In this document: piece by piece, positions 50,173-60,131 of the stretch | Layout of the letters: every line of letters starts with the position of its first letter | How positions within the stretch are numbered: the first letter of the stretch is position 1 | Assembly: GCA_043824255.1 (NCBI GenBank) | Contig: JBDRTG010000047.1 | Span: 32,001 to 96,000, forward strand | Reading direction: 5' to 3' | Length of the DNA: 64,000 nucleotides | From: a bacterium | Lineage (GTDB): Bacteria; JAHJDO01 | Program-made: the position numbers and the translations under genes | Notes under the pieces: generated by a model | What the model saw: only the letters and a program-made list of their open reading frames with translations | The model's database searches: none | What the model was told of the DNA's origin: nothing

Positions 50173-51656
50173 ATTAAACCCTCCTCAGCAAGCTTTATTG
50201 CTTTTATAAGCACCTTTGCCTTATTCAATGTTTCATTATATTCTTTCTCTGGTACTGAATCTGCAACAATACCTGCTCCAGCTTGAAGATAAGCTGTATT
50301 GTTTTTAATGATTGCCGTTCTTATTATTATGCATGTGTCCATATCTCCTGAAAAACTCAAATACCCCACTGCTCCTGCATAAGGGCCACGTCTTGTAGGT
50401 TCGAACTCCTCAATAAGTTCCATAGCTCTTATCTTTGGAGCACCGGAGACTGTCCCTGCAGGAAAGCAAGCCTTGAGAACATCTACGCTGTCTAAATCAG
50501 GTTTGATTTTCCCTTGAACATCTGAGACTATATGCATAACATGAGAGTACTTTTCTATACTCATCAGTTCTCCAACTTTGACTGTGCCGTATTTGCAAAC
50601 GCGGCCAACATCGTTTCGTGAAAGGTCAACAAGCATTACGTGCTCTGAGAGTTCTTTTGGATCAGAGAGTAATTCCTTGACAAGTTCCTTATCTTCAATC
50701 TCTGTTTTTCCTCTGGGTCTTGTACCAGCTATTGGGCGTTCTTTTACAGTTTTATTTTCTACCTTAACCAAAGTCTCAGGAGACGATCCTGCTATTTCAA
50801 AACTGTCAAGCTTAAGATAATACATATATGGAGATGGATTTATTATTCGAAGAGCTCGATATATATCAAACGAGTCTACATTTATCTTGGTTCTCAGCCG
50901 TTGTGAAAGCACAGTCTGAATGATATCTCCTGCTTTAATATATTCCTTGGCTTTCTTTACAATCTTTGTGAATTGATTCTTTGTGAGGTTAGATTTTAGC
51001 TTATATTTCCCCTTTGGATTTTTATTTCTATGTTTCTGCATAGGCATAGACATGTTCAATTTCTCTATTATCCTATCAATCTTTTGTATAGCTTGATTGT
51101 ACGCTTTAGACGGATCCGTCTTATCATTTAAGTGTACATTCGATACTATCTTCATCTTATGTAAAAGATGGTCAAAAATTACTATAGTGTCTGTAAACAT
51201 CAGCACACAATCTGGCAGGTTGAGATCATCAGTTGTATGTATTGATAATTTCTCTATAAATCTAATAACATCATAGCTAAAATATCCTACTGCTCCGCCA
51301 CAAAATGGGGGCAGGGAATCATTGATTACAAATCTGTATTTATTCATCATATGTCTGAGAAATGGAAAAGGCCCATCTGAAAGAGAAACTTGTTTTTCTT
51401 TATGCTTATAAAGTAGGCTTCCTTTGTTGTTTTTACATTTAAAGACTATCTCAGGATTAGTCCCAATAAATGAGTATCTGCCAAGTTGTTCTCCTCTTTC
51501 AACACTCTCCAGAAGAAATGAAAATTTATCCCCATGTGCAATTTGTTTATATGCTGATACTGGGGTTTGTGTATCAGCTATAATCTCTTTGTAAACAGGA
51601 ATGAGATTTCCTGTTTTTGTTTTTTTAATAAACTCTTTTTTTGTTGGATAGTACAT
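50169..51656 (-). CDS. trpE: Anthranilate synthase component I
   Basis: LLES, NPSPYM, PIAGT, EHVMLVDL, PAGTVSGAPK. Confidence 0.96.
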   Translation of the reverse strand: MYYPTKKEFIKKTKTGNLIPVYKEIIADTQTPVSAYKQIAHGDKFSFLLESVERGEQLGRYSFIGTNPEIVFKCKNNKGSLLYKHKEKQVSLSDGPFPFLRHMMNKYRFVINDSLPPFCGGAVGYFSYDVIRFIEKLSIHTTDDLNLPDCVLMFTDTIVIFDHLLHKMKIVSNVHLNDKTDPSKAYNQAIQKIDRIIEKLNMSMPMQKHRNKNPKGKYKLKSNLTKNQFTKIVKKAKEYIKAGDIIQTVLSQRLRTKINVDSFDIYRALRIINPSPYMYYLKLDSFEIAGSSPETLVKVENKTVKERPIAGTRPRGKTEIEDKELVKELLSDPKELSEHVMLVDLSRNDVGRVCKYGTVKVGELMSIEKYSHVMHIVSDVQGKIKPDLDSVDVLKACFPAGTVSGAPKIRAMELIEEFEPTRRGPYAGAVGYLSFSGDMDTCIIIRTAIIKNNTAYLQAGAGIVADSVPEKEYNETLNKAKVLIKAIKLAEEGLI

Positions 51657-51680
51657 AAAACTAACTCATTTTGAAGCTTT

Positions 51681-52415
51681 CTAAGAAAGTCTTTTCTCAG
51701 ACTCTTGAGAGACTCGGTTTTTGGGTGCAAAAAATTTTCTTAACGGTCTGAGCATTCTTGTAAGTCCTGAAAGTACGTAAGCAAATGTTATTGCAAACAT
51801 AAAAAAGTCTGAACGTAGAACTACTAAAGCAAGAATCAAGAGTATGGCAACCAGGTAATGAAATGGCCTTTTCCTCTCAATTTCTTTCAGACTGGGATAT
51901 CTAACCTTGCTCACCATTAAATATGCAATAACTACCATGAATATTGGGAAAAATCTGAGTGCAGGGAATTGAATAATGTAGTCATGAAAGGCTACTGTAG
52001 AGGTTGTGACTATTGCTGCAGCAGCTGGAATAGGTAGCCCTACAAAAAACTTATCCTTTGTTTTTACTATTTGAACATTAAATCTGGCTAGCCTCAGAGC
52101 TCCGCAAACTATATACAGTGTAATAAGGGATAAAGCCAAACGCGTAGGAACTCCAAAAAAAGATTTATATACAAGCACAGCTGGGGCAACAGCAAAGGAT
52201 ATAAGATCAGCAAGAGAGTCATATTGCAATCCAAAAGCGCTGCTTGTTTTTGTTAAACGCGAAACCTCACCATCAAGCCCGTCAAATACAATAGCAATAA
52301 TAATTAACCATCCTGCAATAATAAAATTTCCCTGCATAGAGAAGATTATTGATAAAAATCCACACACTAGATTAGCAGTTGTAAGAAGACTTGGCAGCAA
52401 TTGAATTTTTCTCAC
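51681..52415 (-). CDS. pssA: CDP-diacylglycerol--serine O-phosphatidyltransferase
   Basis: DGLDG..R...G..YDSLAD; RLARFN. Confidence 0.93.
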   Translation of the reverse strand: MRKIQLLPSLLTTANLVCGFLSIIFSMQGNFIIAGWLIIIAIVFDGLDGEVSRLTKTSSAFGLQYDSLADLISFAVAPAVLVYKSFFGVPTRLALSLITLYIVCGALRLARFNVQIVKTKDKFFVGLPIPAAAAIVTTSTVAFHDYIIQFPALRFFPIFMVVIAYLMVSKVRYPSLKEIERKRPFHYLVAILLILALVVLRSDFFMFAITFAYVLSGLTRMLRPLRKFFAPKNRVSQESEKRLS

Positions 52416-53041
52416 GAAAATTTCCCCATAATAGTTATTCCTGCCTTGACCATATCACTGATTTCTACTTTTATCTCCGTATTTATAGGAATGAACAAGT
52501 CTGTTCTTGAGCCAAATTTTATCATTCCTATGCGTTCGCCGATTTTTAACTTATCACCCTTATTGCATTTACATACAACACGGCGCGCAATTTTCCCTGC
52601 TATTTGTCTTAGAGCAATTTTAGCTCCTTTATGCGAAAGCACCATAAAATTATTCTCATTCACCTCTGATGCCTTGGGATTTCTAGCGTCAAGAAACCTT
52701 CCTCTTGAATATTCAAGATACACTATCTCTCCATCAACTGGCGCACGATTGATATGCGTGTCAAAAATCGAGAGGAAGATAGAGATTCTGTAAACTGGTT
52801 CATCGGATATTTTACTGTCCTGAATCTGTTCAATCGCCACTACTTTACCATCAGCTGGCGCAAGCACTATATTTTCTCCTTTTGTAATCTCTCTTTCAGG
52901 ATCCCTGAAGAAAAAAACACAAAAACTAAGTAAGACGAGAAAAATAACACTAATGTATATATGAAAGAAAGCGCTGAAAATTGTAATTAATATAAAAAAA
53001 ACTATTATTGATATACCATCTCTTGCAATTCTAAATTTCAT
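52412..53041 (-). CDS. psd: Phosphatidylserine decarboxylase proenzyme
   Basis: FFRDPER, APADG, H.NRAP, FGSR cleavage site. Confidence 0.93.
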   Translation of the reverse strand: MKFRIARDGISIIVFFILITIFSAFFHIYISVIFLVLLSFCVFFFRDPEREITKGENIVLAPADGKVVAIEQIQDSKISDEPVYRISIFLSIFDTHINRAPVDGEIVYLEYSRGRFLDARNPKASEVNENNFMVLSHKGAKIALRQIAGKIARRVVCKCNKGDKLKIGERIGMIKFGSRTDLFIPINTEIKVEISDMVKAGITIMGKFS

Positions 53042-53043
53042 TC

Positions 53044-55563
53044 CTATGCTTCAAGCCTTTGCTTCTTTTTCTTCTTAACTTGCTTGCCAGTTTTAGGTTT
53101 CTTTGATGTCTTTTTTTCTTTTACTTCATTTTCCTCTTCCTCAACAGCAACCTTTGCAATACTTACTACACGGTCTCCTTTGTCAAGACGGATCAGCTTA
53201 GTACCTTTTGTATTGCGCTTGATAACCCTTATTTCTTTAACAGGCTGGCGTATTATTACACCCTTAGCTGTAATAACTATTAATTCATCAGCATCTGCAA
53301 CTGTTCTTAATCCTTCAACCAGTCCATTTCTTGAATCAGTCTGGATACTAATAACTCCGATACCCCCGCGTCCCTGGGACCTGTACTCTGAGAAGCGCGT
53401 GCGTTTTCCATATCCATTAGCTGTAACAACAACAACTGTTGACTCATCCTCAACAACTTCCATTCCAATGATAATATCTCCTTTCTTCAATCTTATGCCC
53501 CGAACACCCCTTGAGACCCTTCCAACAGTTCTTACCGCTTTTTCCGAAAACCTAATTGCTTTACCATCTCTTGTTGCCAAGAGAACATCCTTTTCTCCAT
53601 CAGTGAGACTTACTGAAATCAACCTGTCTCCTTCATCCAGTCTTATACCTTTTATTCCGCCTGCTCTTGGATGGCTATAGGCAATGAGATTAGTCTTCTT
53701 CGCAATACCCCTCTCTGTTGCCATTATCAGATTATGTTTATCATCAAACTCTCTAACTCTGATAAAAGCTGTAACTTTCTCATCAGGAGCAATGCGCAAA
53801 AGATTAACAATAGCCTTGCCTCTTGAGAGCCTGCCTGCCTGCGGTATTTGGTAAACCTTTACCCAGTGAACTTGTCCTTTGTCTGTAAAAAAGAGTATAT
53901 AGTCGTGTGTGGATGCTACAAATACATATTCTATGAAATCCTCTTCCCTTGTCCCTGCTCCCATAACACCCCTGCCGCCTCTATGCTGTTTTCTGTATGT
54001 TGTTAAAGGCAGCCTTTTTATATATCCAACGTGGCTTATTGTTATAACCATGTCTTCTTCTGCTATCAAGTCTTCCATGCCAAGTTCTGTTGTTTGTTCA
54101 ACAATCCGGGTTCTCCTTGGATTTGCATACTTTCCCTTAATTTCAAGCATTTCTTTTTTGATTATATCCATAATTTTCTTATCACTTGCTAGAATCTCTT
54201 CAAGTTGATTTATTAACTTTATTGTATCCAGATACTCCTGCTGGATCTTGTCTCTTTCCAATCCTGTTAATCGCTGCAGACGCATATCAAGTATAGCTCG
54301 TACCTGCAGGTCAGAAAGCTTGAACTCTTGCATTAAGCTCTCACGCGCTGAATCCGCATCTTTGGAGGATTTTATTATTTTTATAACCTTATCAAGATGT
54401 TCAATTGCAACCTTTAATCCCTCCAGAATATGTGCCTTAGCTTTTGCTTTTTTTAAATCAAATTGCGTTCTTCTACGCACAACTTCCTGTCTATGCTGAA
54501 GAAACTTATCTAACATCTCTCGTAGATTAAAAATCCTAGGTCTGTTTTTATCTATAGCAAGAAGTATAGCGCCGTATGTGGTCTGCATCTGAGTATGTTT
54601 ATAAAGCTGATTAATTATTATCTGTGCAATTTCTCCCCTCTTTAATTCAACAACAACCCTTAATCCATCTTTATCGGATTCATCTCTCAGGTCGGCTATT
54701 CCTTCTATCTTGTGATCTCTCACAAGATTCGCTATTGTTGTAATTAGATTTGCTTTATTCACCTGATATGGGATTTCTGTTATAATTATTTGCTCCCTGT
54801 CAGTTTCTTTCATATTCTCGATTTCTGCTTTTGCACGAACCTGAATTAGTCCTCTTCCCGTATGATAGGCATCTCTGATAGCTTTCTTCCCATATATAGT
54901 GGCACCTGTTGGGAAGTCAGGGCCTTTAATGGTATGCATCAGTTCATCAATTGTGATATCTGGATTATCAATTATGCTTACGACTCCGTCTATAACCTCT
55001 CCAAGGTTATGTGGAGGGATGTCTGTAGCCATGCCAACAGCAATCCCTTGTGAACCATTCACCAGCAAGTTTGGCACACTGGCAGGAAGCACCACAGGTT
55101 CCTGAAGGGATTCATCAAAATTCGGCGCAAAATCCACTGTTTCTTTTTCAATATCTATAAGAAGCTCCTCGCTTATTCGGGACATCCTCACTTCTGTATA
55201 TCTCATAGCTGCCGCTGAATCACCATCTATAGAGCCAAAATTGCCCTGTCCATCTATTAATGGTTCTCTGGATGAGAAATCCTGCACCATTCTGGTTATT
55301 GTGTCATACACAGCTGTGTCACCGTGCGGATGGTATTTCCCTAGAACCTCACCAACAATTCTGGCGGACTTTTTATAGGATTTATTACTTGAAATACCCA
55401 GATCATGCATCGCGTATAGAATTCTTCTATGAACAGGTTTCAGTCCATCCCTGATATCAGGTAAAGCGCGGCCAATAATGACACTCATAGCATAGTCTAT
55501 ATAAGACCGGCTCATTTCATCTTCTATGTGTACCAGTTCTACCTTTCCTTCTGTTGTATCCAT
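53044..55563 (-). CDS. gyrA: DNA gyrase subunit A
   Basis: [15 protein letters not shown], GyrA-box QHRGGRG. Confidence 0.98.
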   Translation of the reverse strand: MDTTEGKVELVHIEDEMSRSYIDYAMSVIIGRALPDIRDGLKPVHRRILYAMHDLGISSNKSYKKSARIVGEVLGKYHPHGDTAVYDTITRMVQDFSSREPLIDGQGNFGSIDGDSAAAMRYTEVRMSRISEELLIDIEKETVDFAPNFDESLQEPVVLPASVPNLLVNGSQGIAVGMATDIPPHNLGEVIDGVVSIIDNPDITIDELMHTIKGPDFPTGATIYGKKAIRDAYHTGRGLIQVRAKAEIENMKETDREQIIITEIPYQVNKANLITTIANLVRDHKIEGIADLRDESDKDGLRVVVELKRGEIAQIIINQLYKHTQMQTTYGAILLAIDKNRPRIFNLREMLDKFLQHRQEVVRRRTQFDLKKAKAKAHILEGLKVAIEHLDKVIKIIKSSKDADSARESLMQEFKLSDLQVRAILDMRLQRLTGLERDKIQQEYLDTIKLINQLEEILASDKKIMDIIKKEMLEIKGKYANPRRTRIVEQTTELGMEDLIAEEDMVITISHVGYIKRLPLTTYRKQHRGGRGVMGAGTREEDFIEYVFVASTHDYILFFTDKGQVHWVKVYQIPQAGRLSRGKAIVNLLRIAPDEKVTAFIRVREFDDKHNLIMATERGIAKKTNLIAYSHPRAGGIKGIRLDEGDRLISVSLTDGEKDVLLATRDGKAIRFSEKAVRTVGRVSRGVRGIRLKKGDIIIGMEVVEDESTVVVVTANGYGKRTRFSEYRSQGRGGIGVISIQTDSRNGLVEGLRTVADADELIVITAKGVIIRQPVKEIRVIKRNTKGTKLIRLDKGDRVVSIAKVAVEEEENEVKEKKTSKKPKTGKQVKKKKKQRLEA

Positions 55564-55731
55564 TGTTTCTCCTCTAGTTCAATATCCAAGCCTAGAGTAT
55601 AACATGTTTAGTCGCCCTACTCCAAATAAAAAAATTTGTCAAAGTGGAACTTGACAAGACTAAAGAAAAGTATAATATTTATGCAGTTAGACTAGGTTCT
55701 TTTGCATAGTTAAATTATAGGAGAAGAAAAA
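55564..55731. promoter_or_regulatory. Divergent promoter region between gyrA and the sulfatase-like gene
   Basis: TTGACA on both strands (55651 +, 55642 -) with nearby TATAAT/TATACT-like boxes; spacing imperfect. Confidence 0.5.
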
Positions 55732-57024
55732 ATGAATGTATTATTTATTATACCCGACGCTTTCAGAGCTGATAATTTACATTGTTACGGTTACCCGAAG
55801 GAAACAAGCCCTTTTCTTGACAAGCTGGCAAGCGAAGGAGTGCTTTTTAAGAATACAATGAGCACCTCCTCGCATACTTTGCCCGGTCTGACATCTTTGT
55901 TCACAGGATTAACTCCTTTTACTCATGGACTTGATGGGCCGACAACATGGGAGAGATGGGGGGAGCTATGGAAACCATGGAAGACGCCTTTTAATATTCT
56001 TGGAGAAAAAGGATATGAAATAGCCGGATACAATGCGCATTTATACAGAAGGTTCGGATACGATAAGGAAATAAAAGACCTGAATAAAACCATTGAGGAG
56101 CATAAAAACAAGAAGTTTTTTCTGTGGTATGCTCCTTATTATACTCATCTTCCATATAATCCAAAGCCACCTTATGACACTATGTTTATGCCAAGTGGTT
56201 ATCAGATAAGCGAATCCACGAAACAAAAGCTTGAAATTGTAAAGTCAACAATGATTATACATAAACCCGGTCTTTTAAGCAGGCATGAACAAGAACAATC
56301 AGTTTCGGAAAAGGACAAAACAGATCATGAGAGAAGCGCAGGAGTGTTAACTCTCTCAGAAGAGGATGTACCTGCTATTATGGCTTTATATGATGGGGAA
56401 ATAAGATCTCAGGATGAGGAAATAGAGGGTTATGTGAAGAAACTGGAGGATTTGAATCTTCTGGATGATACAATAGTTGTTATAACCTCGGATCATGGGG
56501 AAGAAATAGGTGAGAGAGGCTCTGTAGGACATGCGTCCTGTTCGCTTACTGGTACTCTATATGATGAAGTTGTAAGAGTTCCTCTAATAATAAGATATCC
56601 TAAAGCACTTCCAAAAGGGAAGGTGATTGACAGCCAGGTTTCTTTGATTGATGTCATGCCGACACTGTTTGATATTATGGGATTTGAGATGCCCAAAGAG
56701 ACAGAAGGACATTCACTTATGCCTTTTATAAAAGGGGAACAGGTGGACTTTAATGAAGAGGCATATCTGGAAACACGGCCATGTGGCTGGCAGATTCTGA
56801 AAAGCGATGAAAGAAAAGTATATGCTATAAGAACGCCTGAGTGGAAGTTTATATATAATAGCGATCCAAATAATAAAGATAAATGCAGCTATGAATTGTA
56901 TAATTTGAAGGATGATCCTGGCGAAAAGCGCAACCTAGTCAGCGAGGCAACAGACACAGCAGACCAGTTTAAGAAAAAACTGCATAACCTGATGGATAAG
57001 CCATCGTTTCTTTTAAATAAATAA
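55732..57024 (+). CDS. Sulfatase-like hydrolase (alkaline phosphatase superfamily)
   Basis: DAFRAD, TLPGLTSLFTG, SDHGE, VPLI, ELYNL..DPGE. Confidence 0.85.
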   Translation: MNVLFIIPDAFRADNLHCYGYPKETSPFLDKLASEGVLFKNTMSTSSHTLPGLTSLFTGLTPFTHGLDGPTTWERWGELWKPWKTPFNILGEKGYEIAGYNAHLYRRFGYDKEIKDLNKTIEEHKNKKFFLWYAPYYTHLPYNPKPPYDTMFMPSGYQISESTKQKLEIVKSTMIIHKPGLLSRHEQEQSVSEKDKTDHERSAGVLTLSEEDVPAIMALYDGEIRSQDEEIEGYVKKLEDLNLLDDTIVVITSDHGEEIGERGSVGHASCSLTGTLYDEVVRVPLIIRYPKALPKGKVIDSQVSLIDVMPTLFDIMGFEMPKETEGHSLMPFIKGEQVDFNEEAYLETRPCGWQILKSDERKVYAIRTPEWKFIYNSDPNNKDKCSYELYNLKDDPGEKRNLVSEATDTADQFKKKLHNLMDKPSFLLNK

Positions 57025-57049
57025 ATAATATAACATAGAGAGGGATGCC

Positions 57050-57421
57050 ATGGGCAAGGAAAAGAAAAAGAAAGATATAAAATTCAATATCAAAAAGGAA
57101 GATAAAGATTGGAAGGAAAAGGTAGTAGAGGATAAAAAGAAAGAAGAATTTAAGATGCCTCCGTTAGAAGTAAATTTTATGATGTTTATAACCAGTCTCA
57201 GCATGCAGGCAATGATGAGTCTGGGGCTCTATCCAAATCCCGTTACAAAGAAAGAAGAAAAGAATTTAGATGCAGCTAAGTACACAATAGACACTATAGC
57301 AATGATCCAAGAAAAGACAAAAGGTAATCTTACCAGTGAGGAATCCAGATTAATGGACAATATTCTATACGATTTACGAATGAAGTATATAGAGTCAAGT
57401 AAAGAACCTGTCAAAACATGA
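57050..57421 (+). CDS. DUF1844-like protein
   Basis: F..FI.SL...A...LG, AK..ID, KTKGNL...E, L..LR..Y. Confidence 0.8.
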   Translation: MGKEKKKKDIKFNIKKEDKDWKEKVVEDKKKEEFKMPPLEVNFMMFITSLSMQAMMSLGLYPNPVTKKEEKNLDAAKYTIDTIAMIQEKTKGNLTSEESRLMDNILYDLRMKYIESSKEPVKT

Positions 57422-57431
57422 TTGTATCTTA

Positions 57432-59519
57432 ATGCTTAAACTGGATACTTCTATCCAATATATGAAAGGCGTTGGTCCGAAAAGAGTTGCGCTTTTTGAA
57501 CATCTTGGTATCCAAACAGTCAAAGACCTTCTTTATTATATCCCGCGGAGATATGAAGATAGGCGTAATTTTTCTCCTATTGCAAAGCTCGGTATTGGAG
57601 CGCAACACACAGTTAGTGGAAAAGTTCTGACAAGCGGAGTTCAGAAATTAAAGAAAAAACTAAGTATACTCAAGGTAGCCATTGATGATGGCACAGGCAT
57701 AATATACGCTGTATGGTTTAATCAGCCGTTTTTAGAAGAACAGTTCAAGATAGGTATAGAGGTTGTTGTAAGCGGTAAGGTTCAGCTATATGGCAGAGAA
57801 TTACAAATATCCAGCCAGTCCTATGAAATTTTACGTTCCAAAGACAAAGAGAGCGAAACAGAAGAACTAATTCATACAGGAAGAATTGTCCCTTTTTATC
57901 CTTTAACGCAAAACATATCGCAACGGAGAATAAGGAGAATGATTAAAAATGCTCTGGATAACTGCCTGGATCAGATAAATGATATGCTTCCGCAGGACGT
58001 TAAAGCTAGACACAAGCTGATAGATACCAGGCGCTCTCTTTTAAACATCCATTTCCCTAAGACGTGGAAGGATAAGGACTTGGCTTATAGAAGAATTGTT
58101 TTTGATGAATTTCTGTTGTTGCAATTAGGAATTCTTTTAAAAAGGGCCTCTATTTCAGAGCCTCAGCTTGGTATAAAACATCAAAATAAAGGAAGGCTGC
58201 TGGAGCAATTTCTCAAGACCTTGTCATTCAAGCTGACTGATGCGCAGCATAGAGTTATAGATGAAATAAATCGGGATATGACATCTGAAAAACAAATGAA
58301 CAGACTAATCCAAGGCGAAGTTGGATCAGGAAAAACTATTGTTGCAATTACTGCGTTGCTGATTAGTATTGAAAATGGTTATCAAGGAGCCATAATGGTG
58401 CCGACAGAAATACTGGCAGAACAACATTACATTTATATGGCAGAGGCGTTGGCTCCAATCGGTATAAAAATTGATTTACTGATTGGCAGCACCACTCAGA
58501 AATCATGTACGGAGATTACAGAAAATATACGCAATGGAATTACTGATATTATTATTGGAACACATACATTGGTTCAAGAGAACATTGAATTCAAAAGGCT
58601 TGGACTTGTAGTAATTGATGAACAACATCGTTTTGGTGTGCTGCAGCGTAACATGTTAAGAAAGAAGGGACTTAATCCTGATGTTCTGGTGATGACTGCT
58701 ACACCTATACCCAGAACTCTTGCACTTACTGTATATGGAGATTTGGATATTTCTACAATCAGGGAACTTCCTCCTGGAAGAGGCTCTGTGTCAACATATT
58801 GGGTATCAAAGTCACAGCTCCAAGGAGTGTATGCGTTTATTGAGGAAGAGATAAAAAGAGGGCGGCAGACATATGTTGTCTCTCCGCTAATCGAGGAGTC
58901 GCATATAATAGAGGCTGTTGCGGCTACTCAGCTCTTTGAACATTTTAAGAAGGAAATATTTCCGAATCTAAGAATAGAGCTTTTGCATGGGCAAATGAAA
59001 AGCGAAGATAAAGAAAAGGTAATGCAGGAGTTTCGCGAAAACAAGATTAATATACTGGTGTCTACAACGGTTATTGAAGTTGGTATAGATATTCCTAATG
59101 CCACTATAATGTTGATAGAGAATGCTGAGCGATTTGGCCTGTCACAACTTCATCAGCTTAGGGGCAGAATTGGCAGAGGCAAAGATCAATCATATTGTAT
59201 ATTACATGGTATGCCAAGAACTCCTGAAGCGCAGAAGCGCTTGACAGTTATGACGCAAACACAGGATGGTTTTAGAATTGCGCAGGAGGATTTGGAACTT
59301 AGAGGTCCTGGAGAATTTTTTGGAACAAAACAACATGGTCTGCCTGAATTAAAAATCGGCAATATAATTTTAGATCTAGATATAATGGAGATTGCCAGAG
59401 GAGAGGCAGTAAATATAATTAAGTCTGATCCTGAACTCTCAGCCAAGGAGAATTATCTTATTAAGAGAAATTTTCTGCAGAGCTTCAAACACAGGATTGA
59501 TTTAGTAAAGGTGGGATAG
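57432..59519 (+). CDS. recG: ATP-dependent DNA helicase RecG
   Basis: QGEVGSGKT, DEQHRFG, MTATPIPR, QLRGRIGRG, RGPGE. Confidence 0.97.
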   Translation: MLKLDTSIQYMKGVGPKRVALFEHLGIQTVKDLLYYIPRRYEDRRNFSPIAKLGIGAQHTVSGKVLTSGVQKLKKKLSILKVAIDDGTGIIYAVWFNQPFLEEQFKIGIEVVVSGKVQLYGRELQISSQSYEILRSKDKESETEELIHTGRIVPFYPLTQNISQRRIRRMIKNALDNCLDQINDMLPQDVKARHKLIDTRRSLLNIHFPKTWKDKDLAYRRIVFDEFLLLQLGILLKRASISEPQLGIKHQNKGRLLEQFLKTLSFKLTDAQHRVIDEINRDMTSEKQMNRLIQGEVGSGKTIVAITALLISIENGYQGAIMVPTEILAEQHYIYMAEALAPIGIKIDLLIGSTTQKSCTEITENIRNGITDIIIGTHTLVQENIEFKRLGLVVIDEQHRFGVLQRNMLRKKGLNPDVLVMTATPIPRTLALTVYGDLDISTIRELPPGRGSVSTYWVSKSQLQGVYAFIEEEIKRGRQTYVVSPLIEESHIIEAVAATQLFEHFKKEIFPNLRIELLHGQMKSEDKEKVMQEFRENKINILVSTTVIEVGIDIPNATIMLIENAERFGLSQLHQLRGRIGRGKDQSYCILHGMPRTPEAQKRLTVMTQTQDGFRIAQEDLELRGPGEFFGTKQHGLPELKIGNIILDLDIMEIARGEAVNIIKSDPELSAKENYLIKRNFLQSFKHRIDLVKVG

Positions 59520-60085
59520 TGCGTGTAATTGCAGGAAATAACAGGGGGCTCATATTAGAAACAATACCTGACAGAAAAACACGTCCTACCTTAGGCAGAG
59601 TCAGAGAAGCTTTGTTTAGTATACTGGGTGATCAGGTTATTGATGCAGAAGTACTTGATCTTTTTGCTGGCTCAGGCAGTCTTGGAATAGAGGCGCTCAG
59701 CAGAGGAGCAAAGAACGTTGTGTTTATAGATAACAATCCAGAATGTGTACGCGTTATCCGTAAAAATTTGAATAAGTTTGGGTTGGACATCAAAGGTTCT
59801 GCATATGTGAGAGATGCATGCAGAACTATAAACTTTCTTGCCAATCAGAATAAGAAATTTGACATTGTTTTAATGGATCCTCCATATAATACAGAAGAGC
59901 TTGAAAAGATTATGAACAATACGCATCTTAAAGATATACTGAATAGCGGAGCTGTCTTAGTTATTGAACATTCCAAAAGAAACACACTGCCTTGCCCAAA
60001 TATTAAAGAATTATGCCATGTTAAATCAAGAAGATATGGGGATACAGTTTTGGCTATTTATGAATTCAAACTACTGACAAGATAG
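59519..60085 (+). CDS. rsmD: 16S rRNA m2G966 methyltransferase
   Basis: RPT..RVREALF, DLFAGSG, DPPY. Confidence 0.95.
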   Translation: MRVIAGNNRGLILETIPDRKTRPTLGRVREALFSILGDQVIDAEVLDLFAGSGSLGIEALSRGAKNVVFIDNNPECVRVIRKNLNKFGLDIKGSAYVRDACRTINFLANQNKKFDIVLMDPPYNTEELEKIMNNTHLKDILNSGAVLVIEHSKRNTLPCPNIKELCHVKSRRYGDTVLAIYEFKLLTR

Positions 60086-60099
60086 GTCATATGACCTAT
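60082..60099. repeat. Perfect 18-bp palindrome between convergent genes
   Basis: ATAGGTCAT|ATGACCTAT. Confidence 0.8.
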
Positions 60100-60131
60100 T
60101 TCATTGGTCATCATACAAATTTATTTCTAAC

